DNA of 32,000 bases from NCBI GenBank assembly GCA_028698185.1, contig JAQVDW010000007.1, positions 51,977 to 83,976 of the forward strand, written 5' to 3'. The notes beneath the pieces were generated by a model, which did no database searches, was not told the DNA's origin, and was given only the letters and a program-made list of their open reading frames with translations. Each line of letters begins with the position of its first letter. Positions within the stretch are counted from its first letter, which is position 1. The stretch is from Erysipelotrichaceae bacterium. GTDB taxonomy: Bacteria > Bacillota_I > Bacilli_A > Erysipelotrichales > Coprobacillaceae. Shown piece by piece: positions 18,983-27,226 of this stretch. The translations under genes and the position numbers were made by a program.

Positions 18983-19012
18983 TTGGCTGAAAACAGCCAA
19001 ATGGTCTATAAT
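18983..19012 (+). promoter_or_regulatory. Candidate promoter for the YczE-like gene, with a palindrome over the -35
   Basis: TTGGCT, an 18-nt spacer, then TATAAT (19007..19012). TTGGCTG-aaaa-CAGCCAA (18983..19000) is a perfect 7-bp inverted repeat. Confidence 0.45.
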
Positions 19013-19032
19013 GGTCCCACATGGAGGTATTT

Positions 19033-19695
19033 ATGATTAGACGACTCTTTTTCTATTTTGCCGGGGTTTTGATATTGGGTCTTGGCATCGTTTTGAATAC
19101 GAAAACCGGATTGGGCGTTGCGGCCATCAATTCGTTTCCTTTTGCCATATCGAAGATGAGCGGCCTGACATTGGGCAATGCGACAACCATATTGTATGTC
19201 GCCTTCATTTTGGCCCAGCTGCTTATCTACCGCAAAGTTGCGCTCAAGGTCCTTTTGCAAATACCTTTTTCATATTTGATGGGGATGATCATCGACTTTT
19301 ACGACACTATTCTTGATTTTGGTGTCCCCGCCCTGCCCGGTGCCCTGGCATTGCTTCTAGGTGCAATCCTGCTTACAGCTCTTGGGGCCTATATGATGGT
19401 GGCCATGGATTTGATTCCCAATCCTGCCGATGGCCTTGTCAACGCCATCGCCAAGGCAATTGGCAAGGAATTTGGCAAGACCAAGCTGATGTTCGACTGC
19501 GGCATGATAGCCACCACGATAACGATCAGTCTTGTCTTCGCCCACCGGTTGATCGGCATCGGCCTAGGTACGATTGTCTCGGCCGCACTGATTGGCAACA
19601 TCATTGTCGCATACAGCCGCCTGTTCAACAGCTACTTCAAAAAAGTGGTTGAAAATTCCATCACCAAACCCGTTTATGAAGAAAGTGAAGCCTGA
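19033..19695 (+). CDS. YczE/YitT-like integral membrane protein
   Basis: Six predicted TM segments. The N-terminus MIRRLFFYFAGVLILGLGIVLNTKTGLGV is typical of the family. GGAGG RBS upstream of ATG 19033. Confidence 0.6.
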   Translation: MIRRLFFYFAGVLILGLGIVLNTKTGLGVAAINSFPFAISKMSGLTLGNATTILYVAFILAQLLIYRKVALKVLLQIPFSYLMGMIIDFYDTILDFGVPALPGALALLLGAILLTALGAYMMVAMDLIPNPADGLVNAIAKAIGKEFGKTKLMFDCGMIATTITISLVFAHRLIGIGLGTIVSAALIGNIIVAYSRLFNSYFKKVVENSITKPVYEESEA

Positions 19696-19769
19696 GTGTT
19701 TCACTTTTCATTTCCTTTTGGACAGAAAATCGGCATAAAATAAAATGTTGCTGTTGAGTCATTTTGTTG

Positions 19770-19798
19770 TTGAAATTTTCTTCCGACTGTTCTATAAT
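19770..19798 (+). promoter_or_regulatory. Near-consensus promoter for tRNA-Thr
   Basis: TTGAAA (19770..19775), a 17-nt spacer, then TATAAT (19793..19798), 8 nt before the tRNA 5' end. Confidence 0.7.
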
Positions 19799-19806
19799 GT
19801 TTTTAC

Positions 19807-19882
19807 GCCGTTGTAGCTCAGCTGGTAGAGCAGGCCCATGGTAAGGGTCAGGTCGCAAGTTCAAATCTTGTCATCGGCACCA
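19807..19882 (+). tRNA. tRNA-Thr (anticodon GGU), CCA encoded
   Basis: Hand-folded 76-nt cloverleaf. Acceptor GCCGTTG/CATCGGC has one U-U mismatch. D stem GCTC/GAGC. Anticodon stem GGCCC/GGGTC with loop AU-GGU-AA. T arm GCAAG-TTCAAAT-CTTGT. 3' end is ACCA. Confidence 0.88.
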
Positions 19883-19898
19883 TTTGTTTTGATATCCC

Positions 19899-19922
19899 AC
19901 CCCCTATTTTAGGGGGTTTTTT
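19899..19922 (+). terminator. Intrinsic terminator after tRNA-Thr
   Basis: ACCCCCT-atttt-AGGGGGT followed by TTTTT. Confidence 0.75.
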
Positions 19923-20000
19923 AGTACAAAAAATCTGTGACTCTATTTGTGATTCTTGCCACGGGTAAAATTCCTGCGCGCAATAAGCCATTGGTCTTTG

Positions 20001-20522
20001 TCACAAATATTTTTCCATCCTCATATCCTTATGCCACTTGCCGTTCCAATAGGTAAAGTTCTCGAATTCATGAAATGGCGTATAGCCAAGCCTTTGATAA
20101 AACTTTACCGCATTCACATTGAAGTCAAAAACGCCCAGCTCAATCCGGACCATACCCATTTCCCGGGATTTTTCTTCCAGGAATTTCATCATCTCGACTC
20201 CAAAGCCTTTGCCTCTATGGGTTGGATTTCCAATCATAATTGAGATCCAGCTTGTCTTTGGTACTTTTCTTGCCAGGTATGGGTGATCAACTAGAATTGT
20301 AACCTCACCTAGCGGTGTTTTTCCTTCATACGCGATGTAGCAGTATCTGTTTTTCTCCCCAAGTGACTCTTGGATCATTTTCAACGGGTACTCTTCATAA
20401 GGTGCCTCTTTTAAGTTGGGCCTGATGAAATGGCGAATGGATTCGTCGTTGTACCAGTCAGTCATTATCTCGATGATTTGGACATCGACAGTTGTCACTT
20501 GTTTGAATTCAAGCATATTCAT
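20001..20522 (-). CDS. GNAT-family N-acetyltransferase (RimJ/RimL or aminoglycoside-acetyltransferase-like)
   Basis: GNAT core IGNPTHRGKGFGVEMMKFLEE plus AVKFYQRLGY. AAGGAG RBS. The start is ambiguous between ATG 20522 and ATG 20516. Confidence 0.75.
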   Translation of the reverse strand: MNMLEFKQVTTVDVQIIEIMTDWYNDESIRHFIRPNLKEAPYEEYPLKMIQESLGEKNRYCYIAYEGKTPLGEVTILVDHPYLARKVPKTSWISIMIGNPTHRGKGFGVEMMKFLEEKSREMGMVRIELGVFDFNVNAVKFYQRLGYTPFHEFENFTYWNGKWHKDMRMEKYL

Positions 20523-20585
20523 CAATCTCCTTATGTATTTTTTGATAATTTCAAATGGATCGGGGGGGCATATCCAACCCCAATT

Positions 20586-20804
20586 TTATTTTTCGTGAAA
20601 TCGGGTGAGTTTGTGGACACTCCACAACAAAAACGGCAAAAATATTGCCACATAGCCCATGATCACCACAAGTTCCCATTTGTTTTGTTCAGCCATGCTC
20701 CCAAAATCAAACAATGGTATTATCTTGATGCTCAAGGTAAAATAAGCATAGGTACCTAAAATATAGATGAAAACTCCAGTCAGCCACAATTTCAATTTTT
20801 TCAT
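20586..20804 (-). CDS. Small hypothetical membrane protein (2 TM)
   Basis: ATG 20804 (MKKLKLWLTGVF) lies downstream of GGGAGGA. It has two hydrophobic helices and no recognisable family. Confidence 0.45.
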   Translation of the reverse strand: MKKLKLWLTGVFIYILGTYAYFTLSIKIIPLFDFGSMAEQNKWELVVIMGYVAIFLPFLLWSVHKLTRFHEK

Positions 20805-21019
20805 TGGTTCAATCGTCCTCCCTGTCTTTGAAAAACAACTCAAATTGGAAATACTCTTAGATCTTCATTTCGTCACTATTATGAATCTTGTAGGCAAATA
20901 ATGCAAGTAATCGGTTAAATTAAGAGCCATTTGTTTCGAATCGTGATAAGATGATAATAGATTAGCAATCGTAATGATTGCAAGACACAGCTATTTTATT
21001 AGCCAAGGAGGATTCAGCC

Positions 21020-21268
21020 ATGAGAAAAGCTGCTAAGATTTTGGACAGCCACGAAGTGAAAGATTTTGAAAGAGACGTGAGTGCGAGCATCAGCGCATCC
21101 CTGAATGAAATAACCCATATTCAAAAGATGCTCGAAGAATCTCTTGAAGAAGGCGAATCGGATTACCGGGTGCGCCTGCTCGAAGCCCACATGAGCATCC
21201 TGATCAACCAGAACTGGCTGATCATCGACCAGCTTGCCAAAATGAACAAGAAAATGGGCAATGACTGA
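21020..21268 (+). CDS. Small hypothetical helical protein (82 aa)
   Basis: AAGGAGG RBS 7 nt before ATG 21020. Acidic, helical composition. No family recognised. Confidence 0.5.
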   Translation: MRKAAKILDSHEVKDFERDVSASISASLNEITHIQKMLEESLEEGESDYRVRLLEAHMSILINQNWLIIDQLAKMNKKMGND

Positions 21269-21295
21269 GGAATCAGACCAAATCAAAATAAAAAA

Positions 21296-21340
21296 ACCGA
21301 TAGCGACCAACCAATGAAGTTGCATCCTATCGGTTTTTTT
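21296..21340. terminator. Bidirectional intrinsic terminator between the small ORF and azlD
   Basis: ACCGATAG ... CTATCGGT stem with an inner CAAC/GTTG helix, flanked by A7 upstream and T7 downstream. Confidence 0.55.
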
Positions 21341-21376
21341 ATTGTGCCGATTCATACCTGTAGTCAACCAGTATGA

Positions 21377-21703
21377 TCAGAAAACCACCTGGACCAGAAC
21401 CATGTAGAAGATGGTTCCTCCGGCGATGGAAAGAAGCATGTTCCTTTTTAGAAGATGGAGTCCCACCACCATGATTCCCCCAAGCAACGAAGGAAGTATT
21501 TGGTTGTTTTCAAACACATTGACATCCTTGAAACAGTACACAACCAGAAGCCCCAAAGCGGCACCCGGGAGCATCTTCCCGAGATAGCTTACAATCTCCG
21601 GGATTTTTTTGTCCGGGGGAAAAATGATAAAGGGCAAGAACCTGGTGGTCATTGTTGCGATTACCACCACACCGATTGTCATTATTTGTTCAAGCAGACT
21701 CAT
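21377..21703 (-). CDS. azlD: AzlD-family branched-chain amino acid transport protein
   Basis: 108 aa starting at ATG 21703 (MSLLEQIMTIGVVVIATMTTRFLPF), with about 4 TM segments. It overlaps the azlC 3' end by 14 nt, the usual azlCD arrangement. Confidence 0.8.
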   Translation of the reverse strand: MSLLEQIMTIGVVVIATMTTRFLPFIIFPPDKKIPEIVSYLGKMLPGAALGLLVVYCFKDVNVFENNQILPSLLGGIMVVGLHLLKRNMLLSIAGGTIFYMVLVQVVF

Positions 21704-22340
21704 GGATATCACCCCGTATTTCCATTCTTTTGCCGCCGCGTAAAAGCAACAAGACACTCAAGATCACAATCATGGTCGGAATCATGAAACTTTCACTTCC
21801 AAAGACAAGCAGGCACAAAATCGCACTGACTATACCGATGATTGAACTGTGGTGGCTGTCATCCTTGTTCCACTGCTCGAGAAAAATCACGATAAACAAG
21901 GCGGTCATCACGAACTCCAGACCTTCAAAATCAAAGTGAAGGCAGCTGCCAAAAACAGCGCCCAAGCTTGCTCCCAATACCCAATAGAAATGATTCAACA
22001 ACGTCACGAAAAACATGAACCAGCCTTCATCGACTCCTTCAGGAACGTTGGCTGTATAATTTATGGAGAAAGTCTCGTCACACAAACCGAATATAAGATA
22101 CAGCTTTTTTAGTCCGGTGTTCTTGTATTTTTCCAGCATCGAGATGCCATAGAAAAGATGGCGGCCATTGATCATCAGGGTCATCAAAAAGACATTGAGC
22201 GGGGCGAAGCCGCCAAGAAGCAGGCTGACCGTAGCGAATTCCATCGAACCCGCCAGAATAGTCAGACTCATCAGAATCGGGAAAAACACCCCGAAGCCTT
22301 GGGAGCGCATCTGCACGCCATAAGTGAATCCCAGAAACAC
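21690..22340 (-). CDS. azlC: AzlC-family branched-chain amino acid permease (5' end apparently frameshifted; see findings)
   Basis: Polytopic protein of AzlC-like sequence. The ORF-track start is a GTG. The conserved N-terminal segment KNAFKAAWPKTIPIFTGF continues upstream in the same frame without any start codon. Confidence 0.75.
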   Translation of the reverse strand: MFLGFTYGVQMRSQGFGVFFPILMSLTILAGSMEFATVSLLLGGFAPLNVFLMTLMINGRHLFYGISMLEKYKNTGLKKLYLIFGLCDETFSINYTANVPEGVDEGWFMFFVTLLNHFYWVLGASLGAVFGSCLHFDFEGLEFVMTALFIVIFLEQWNKDDSHHSSIIGIVSAILCLLVFGSESFMIPTMIVILSVLLLLRGGKRMEIRGDIHESA

Positions 22341-22539
22341 AAATCCGGTGAAGATTGGAATCGTCTTGGGCCAGGCCGCCTTGAAGGCGTTTTTTAGAAC
22401 TGTTCCATATCATCTTGCACTCCTAACTTGGTTGTAATATAATTTATTTAACATTTGTACCATATATTTAACACACACAACTATACGACCGTTAATTTTA
22501 TTTGTCAATATGTAAACTATAATTTATAGGAGCCCCATT

Positions 22540-23091
22540 ATGGAAATCAACCAGATCATTGCCACCAACTTGAAAAATCTGCGACTGGAACGGAATCTCA
22601 GCCTCGGGCAGCTCGCCAATTTATGCGATGTGTCCAAAGTAATGCTATCCCAGATTGAAAAGGGTGATTCCAACCCGACCATCAACACCATCTGGAAAAT
22701 CGCCAACGGCCTGAAAGTTCCCTACAGTTCCCTGCTCGAACAGCCTGCCCAACAGACATCGATTGTCCAAAAGGCGCAGCTGACGCCCCAGGTGGATGAC
22801 CAGGACCACTATCGGATATACTGCTTTTACCCCAATACGCCCCATCGCAACTTCGAGTTGTTCCAGATTGAACTGGATTCTAACCACCGCCATGAATCCG
22901 CAGGACACGGCGAAAATACCCAGGAGTTCATCATGGTTATTGAAGGCGAACTGACTCTTGAGGTTGCCAACCAGATCCACACGATTAAAAAAGACGAAGC
23001 GATCAATTTCGATGCCGCAAACGCCCACAGCTACAAGGCTTCTTCAATAGAAATGGTAAAAGCCGTCCTGATCAATTTCTATCCGGCCTGA
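22540..23091 (+). CDS. XRE-family HTH plus cupin-domain transcriptional regulator
   Basis: N-terminal HTH_3 (NLKNLRLERNLSLGQLANLCDVSKVMLSQIEKG) and a C-terminal cupin fold. AGGAG RBS. Divergent from azlCD. Confidence 0.85.
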   Translation: MEINQIIATNLKNLRLERNLSLGQLANLCDVSKVMLSQIEKGDSNPTINTIWKIANGLKVPYSSLLEQPAQQTSIVQKAQLTPQVDDQDHYRIYCFYPNTPHRNFELFQIELDSNHRHESAGHGENTQEFIMVIEGELTLEVANQIHTIKKDEAINFDAANAHSYKASSIEMVKAVLINFYPA

Positions 23092-23212
23092 CATCATTTG
23101 AAAAAACATCTGCTTTTTCAAATCCTGAAAGACGGCTCAAATCCTCAGTTTGTTGCCCAAAATATTTTTTTATGTGCTATTATGAAACAATAGAAATTCA
23201 GGGAGGGTATTT

Positions 23213-24589
23213 ATGATAGCACAATTGATTGAACCTAAAGTCAAGCTGGACAAGGATCGGCAGATATTTTCCAACCTCAAGTTACGGAATCTGATCATTC
23301 CTTTGGTCATCGAGCAGCTTCTTGTGTTGCTTGTGGGCGTTTCGGACACCCTGATGGTGTCTTACGCCGGTCCAGCTGCCATTTCCGGGGTATCCCTGGT
23401 AAACCAGCTGAGCACCTTGTTCATAATGATCTTCGCCGCTTTGGCCGCCGGAGGAGCCGTTGTCGCCAGCCAGTATCTGGGCAAAAAGGATCAGGAAAAC
23501 AGTGGGCTTGCCGCCAGTCAATTACTTATGGTCACAACCCTGATCAGTATTTTGATGATGGTGGTCATCCTGATGGGCAACCATTTCCTGTTGAATCTTG
23601 TCTTCGGTCGGGTCGACGGAGATGTCATGGATGCCTGCATGACCTATATGGCTATTTCCGCCTTTTCATTCCCGGCTCTGGCTGTCTATAACTCTTGTGC
23701 CGGTTTGTTTAGGACCATGGCCAAGACCAAGACCATCATGTATGTCTCGCTGTTGATGAATGTGATCAATGTGGTCGGAAATTACTTTGGAATCTTTGTC
23801 TTCCACGCCGGAGTGGCCGGGGTGGCCTATCCTTCCCTGATCTCCCGTTGCATCGCCGCCTTGATCATGCTCGGATTCATGTTCAACAAATCCAATGTCA
23901 TTCATGTGAGCATGAGAAACCTCAAGCAATGGCACAACAAGATGATTGCCCGGATTCTAAGTGTCGCAATCCCCAACAGCATCGAGAACGGCCTGTTCCA
24001 GTTGGCCAAAGTCGCCTTGAGTTCGATTGTCGCCCTTTTCGGGACCGCCCAGATTGCCGCCAACGGAGTCGCCCAAAGTTTCTGGGCCATGGCCGCCTTG
24101 TTCATCATGGCCATGGGACCGGCGTTCATCACCGTCATTGGCCAATGTGTGGGCGCCAATGATTATGAAGCGGCAACCTATTACATGAAAAAACTGCTGC
24201 GCATCACCTACATGGGCGGTATCGCCTGGAACGCATTTTTCCTGATGATCATCCCTTTTGTTTTGAAACTTTACGACCTGCCTCAAGAAACGATCAGCTT
24301 GGTCATTATTCTCTGTCTAATCCACAATACCTTCAACTCCGTGCTTTGCCCGACCGCCTTCGCCTTGTCGACTGGATTGCGCGCGGCTGGCGATGTCAAA
24401 TACACAATGTACGCTTCGATTTTTTCCACAGTCATCTGCCGGGTGGCCTTCTCCGTGTTCTTTGGGGTCTACCTCAATTTCGGGGTCACCGGGATCGCCA
24501 TCGCCATGGTTGGCGACTGGGCGGTCAAGTCGACCCTGATCATGAAACGTTATCATGGGGGCAAGTGGCAAGACTTCCGGATTGTCTAG
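23213..24589 (+). CDS. MATE-family efflux transporter
   Basis: 458 aa with 12 predicted TM segments. The N-terminus L..LI.P...EQLL is typical of MATE/NorM-like pumps. GGGAGGG RBS. Confidence 0.88.
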   Translation: MIAQLIEPKVKLDKDRQIFSNLKLRNLIIPLVIEQLLVLLVGVSDTLMVSYAGPAAISGVSLVNQLSTLFIMIFAALAAGGAVVASQYLGKKDQENSGLAASQLLMVTTLISILMMVVILMGNHFLLNLVFGRVDGDVMDACMTYMAISAFSFPALAVYNSCAGLFRTMAKTKTIMYVSLLMNVINVVGNYFGIFVFHAGVAGVAYPSLISRCIAALIMLGFMFNKSNVIHVSMRNLKQWHNKMIARILSVAIPNSIENGLFQLAKVALSSIVALFGTAQIAANGVAQSFWAMAALFIMAMGPAFITVIGQCVGANDYEAATYYMKKLLRITYMGGIAWNAFFLMIIPFVLKLYDLPQETISLVIILCLIHNTFNSVLCPTAFALSTGLRAAGDVKYTMYASIFSTVICRVAFSVFFGVYLNFGVTGIAIAMVGDWAVKSTLIMKRYHGGKWQDFRIV

Positions 24590-24613
24590 CGCATTCCCGA
24601 TCAATTCCAACAC

Positions 24614-24657
24614 AAAAAAGATGGCCCTGCCTGGTTTTCAGGAAGTGCCATCTTTTT
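24614..24657. terminator. Bidirectional terminator between the MATE gene and the lyase gene
   Basis: A6, then a GATGGC...(CCTG/CAGG inner helix)...GCCATC stem, then T5. Confidence 0.55.
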
Positions 24658-24669
24658 ATGTCTATGATT

Positions 24670-26007
24670 TCATTTTTGACCAGCTGGTTCTTTTGCCATT
24701 TGCTCAAGATATTCTTTGACTTTTTGGGGATCGCCGGCAGCCTTATCGATAAGCGTTGCGATCGCCCGGTAACCAAGCTGGGCCACGTGGTCGTGAACGA
24801 ACGCATATGACTGTTCAAGCAATTCCTGGCAGCGTTTGGTATCGGGCTTGATGCCTTCGATGCATTTGGTTTGGAACAGTCCGACGGCCTTGATCAGGAT
24901 GCCTAGATTTTCCAATAACGAGTCGGCAATCAAAGGCAAAAAGGCATTGAGCTCGAACTCACCGTGGGCTGCGGCCATGGCAATCGCACTGTCGTTGGCC
25001 ATGACTTTCATTGCCACCTGGACCACCATTTCAGGGATGACCGGGTTGACTTTGCCCGGCATGATGGTACTGCCCATCTGCATCGGCGGCAGAGTTATCT
25101 CTCCCAATCCGCCATGAGGGCCGGAGTTCATCAGCCGCAGATCATTGGCGATTTTCATCAGGTTGACCGCCAGGGCCTTGAGCAAACCGGAAACTTCGAC
25201 AAAGACATCATTGTTTTGAGTGATGTCCAACGGATACTCGGAACTGGCCAGGCCGATACCGGTAAGTGACCGCAGCTGTTCGATCACCCCGAAGCGGTAT
25301 TTGCGCGTGGCATTGGATCCCACACCGACCGCCGTACCACCAAGGTTTATCTGGCGCAGCCGTTCTTCGACCTTGTAGAGCCGCCAGCGGTCCCGGGTGA
25401 TTGCCTGGGCATAGGCTCCGAACTCCTGACCCAATGTGATCTCGATTGCATCCATCAGTTTCGTCCGGCCCAGCTTGGCAACCTGGTCGAATTCCATTTC
25501 CTTTGCCTGCAATGCACTCTGGAGTTTCTCGCAGGCCGCGCTAAGTTCGCGCAACTGCTCAATTGCGGCAATGCGCAAAGCCGTGGGATAGACATCATTG
25601 GTCGACTGGCCCCGGTTGACATCCTCAAGAGGATGGATGAGATGATAGTCGCCGGGATTGTGTCCCAGATTGACCAGGGCGCGGTTGGCGAGCACTTCGT
25701 TGACATTCATATTCGTCGAAGTTCCCGCCCCACCCTGGAGGGCATCGACGACAAAATCATCGTCATAACCACCTTCAAGGACCTGGTCGCAGGCAACCAC
25801 AATGGCATCATAGATGTCGGGTCTGATATCAAGTTGGCGATAAGTCAGTGCCACGGCTTTTTTGACCTTGACGATGGCATGGATCAGATGCCGGTTGGTC
25901 TTCCTGTAGTCCAAGGCAAAGTTTTCCTTGGCCCGGGCACTCTGGAGCCCATAGCGACATTCATCGTCCAGTTTCAGGGTTCCAAGATGGTCGTGTTCAT
26001 TGCGCAT
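24670..26007 (-). CDS. Aspartate ammonia-lyase family (class II fumarase/aspartase superfamily) protein, last gene of the hyd maturation operon
   Basis: Start set at ATG 26007 (MRNEHDHLGTLKL). Contains GTSTNMNVNEV, the QSTNDVYPTA motif, and the signature loop GSTIMPGKVNPVIPE. The ATG lies 2 nt after the hydF TGA, with GGAGG inside the hydF 3' end. Confidence 0.82.
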   Translation of the reverse strand: MRNEHDHLGTLKLDDECRYGLQSARAKENFALDYRKTNRHLIHAIVKVKKAVALTYRQLDIRPDIYDAIVVACDQVLEGGYDDDFVVDALQGGAGTSTNMNVNEVLANRALVNLGHNPGDYHLIHPLEDVNRGQSTNDVYPTALRIAAIEQLRELSAACEKLQSALQAKEMEFDQVAKLGRTKLMDAIEITLGQEFGAYAQAITRDRWRLYKVEERLRQINLGGTAVGVGSNATRKYRFGVIEQLRSLTGIGLASSEYPLDITQNNDVFVEVSGLLKALAVNLMKIANDLRLMNSGPHGGLGEITLPPMQMGSTIMPGKVNPVIPEMVVQVAMKVMANDSAIAMAAAHGEFELNAFLPLIADSLLENLGILIKAVGLFQTKCIEGIKPDTKRCQELLEQSYAFVHDHVAQLGYRAIATLIDKAAGDPQKVKEYLEQMAKEPAGQK

Positions 26008-26009
26008 AA

Positions 26010-27215
26010 TCAGTCCTCCAGTTCCATGGCGATTTCCGGGAACATGGCCACACTGCGTTTTAGAATCCCTTGCATGTAGGCAATCAAAGTCCCATAATTG
26101 GTGAAGGGAACCCCCTGGTCCTGGGCACATTTTTGGCGGTAGATTACTTCCCGTTCGTTGAGCATGCAGCTTCCGCAATGTACGATCAGCTGATATTTGC
26201 TTAGATCCTCGGGAAATTCGCCCCCGGAAGTGAATTCGAAATTGATCTTGGATTGGGTATGGTTCTTGATCCAGCGGGGCAATTTTACCGTCCCGATATC
26301 ATCGCACTGGCGATGGTGGGTGCAGCCCTCGCTGATCAGGATGGTCGCCTTGTCTTCAAGAGAATCCAGCGCTTTGGCACCTTTGACGGCGGTTTTCAAT
26401 ACTCCCTTGTAGCGGGCGAAAAGAATCGAGAACGAAGTCAAGGGAACATCAATCGGAGTGTCGGCGGCAGCCTTGGCAAATACCTGGCTGTCGGTGACAA
26501 CCAGCTTGGGCGCCTTGCCCAGGTTTTCCAGCGTCCCGCGGAGTTCATGTTCCTTGACGACAATAGCTGTCGCATCGGCTTCAAGAATGTCACGGATCGT
26601 CTGTTGTTGGGGCAGGATGAGCCGGCCTTGGGGCGCCGCCTTGTCGATTGGGGTCACCAGGACCACGAAATCAGCGGGGTTGATGATGTCCCCGACGATT
26701 TTAAGTTTGGTCTGGGCACCGTGATCCAATTTGGCAATCCGGTTTTTGAGCTCCTCGATATTGGCTCCGGTTGTCGCACTCACGGCGATCGACTTGGGTT
26801 CGCTTAGATCAAGCAGTGGCTCCAGGTCAATCTTGTTGTAGACAATCAGATAACTTATTTGTTTTTCATTGAACAGCTTGATCAGTTCCTGGTCATAGTC
26901 ATCGATTCCCAGTGTCGAATCGATGACCAGCACAGCGATGTCGGTCTTGTTGAGTACCTGGCGGCTTTTTTGGACCCGCAGCTCGCCCAAAGCCCCCTCA
27001 TCGTCGATTCCGGCCGTGTCAATGATGACCACTGGGCCGATTGGCAACAGTTCCATCGATTTGTAGACCGGATCGGTCGTTGTTCCCTTGACATCGGAAA
27101 CAACCGCGAGCTGTTGGCTGGTTATCGCGTTGACCAGGCTCGATTTGCCTGAATTGCGCTTGCCAAAAAAACCGATATGGACCCGGTTGGCCCGCGGCGT
27201 CGAATTCATAGTCAT
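26010..27215 (-). CDS. hydF: [FeFe]-hydrogenase H-cluster maturation GTPase
   Basis: P-loop GKRNSGKSSL and TAGIDD are present. The C-terminal FeS ligand pattern is EGCTHH ... VHCGSCM. Confidence 0.9.
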   Translation of the reverse strand: MTMNSTPRANRVHIGFFGKRNSGKSSLVNAITSQQLAVVSDVKGTTTDPVYKSMELLPIGPVVIIDTAGIDDEGALGELRVQKSRQVLNKTDIAVLVIDSTLGIDDYDQELIKLFNEKQISYLIVYNKIDLEPLLDLSEPKSIAVSATTGANIEELKNRIAKLDHGAQTKLKIVGDIINPADFVVLVTPIDKAAPQGRLILPQQQTIRDILEADATAIVVKEHELRGTLENLGKAPKLVVTDSQVFAKAAADTPIDVPLTSFSILFARYKGVLKTAVKGAKALDSLEDKATILISEGCTHHRQCDDIGTVKLPRWIKNHTQSKINFEFTSGGEFPEDLSKYQLIVHCGSCMLNEREVIYRQKCAQDQGVPFTNYGTLIAYMQGILKRSVAMFPEIAMELED

Positions 27216-27226
27216 GACTGATCCTC

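Noticed and set aside
19661-19864. 67-aa minus-strand ORF.
   Set aside because: It overlaps the tRNA-Thr gene and its promoter, so it is spurious.
19883-21376. Search for an att-type direct repeat of the tRNA-Thr 3' end and for an integrase bounding the low-GC islet.
   Set aside because: I found neither by eye, so the region is reported only as a low-interest compositional islet and not as a genomic island.
26008-26178. N-terminal 57-codon extension of the lyase ORF (ORF-track start at 26178), overlapping hydF.
   Set aside because: The extension is out-of-frame overlap with the hydF 3' end. The aspartase-like homology begins at MRNEHDHLG (ATG 26007), which has a GGAGG RBS. Similar upstream extensions were trimmed for the ORFs at 15834, 16801, 6473, 2704, 1860, 1374, 10696, 14152 and 21757.
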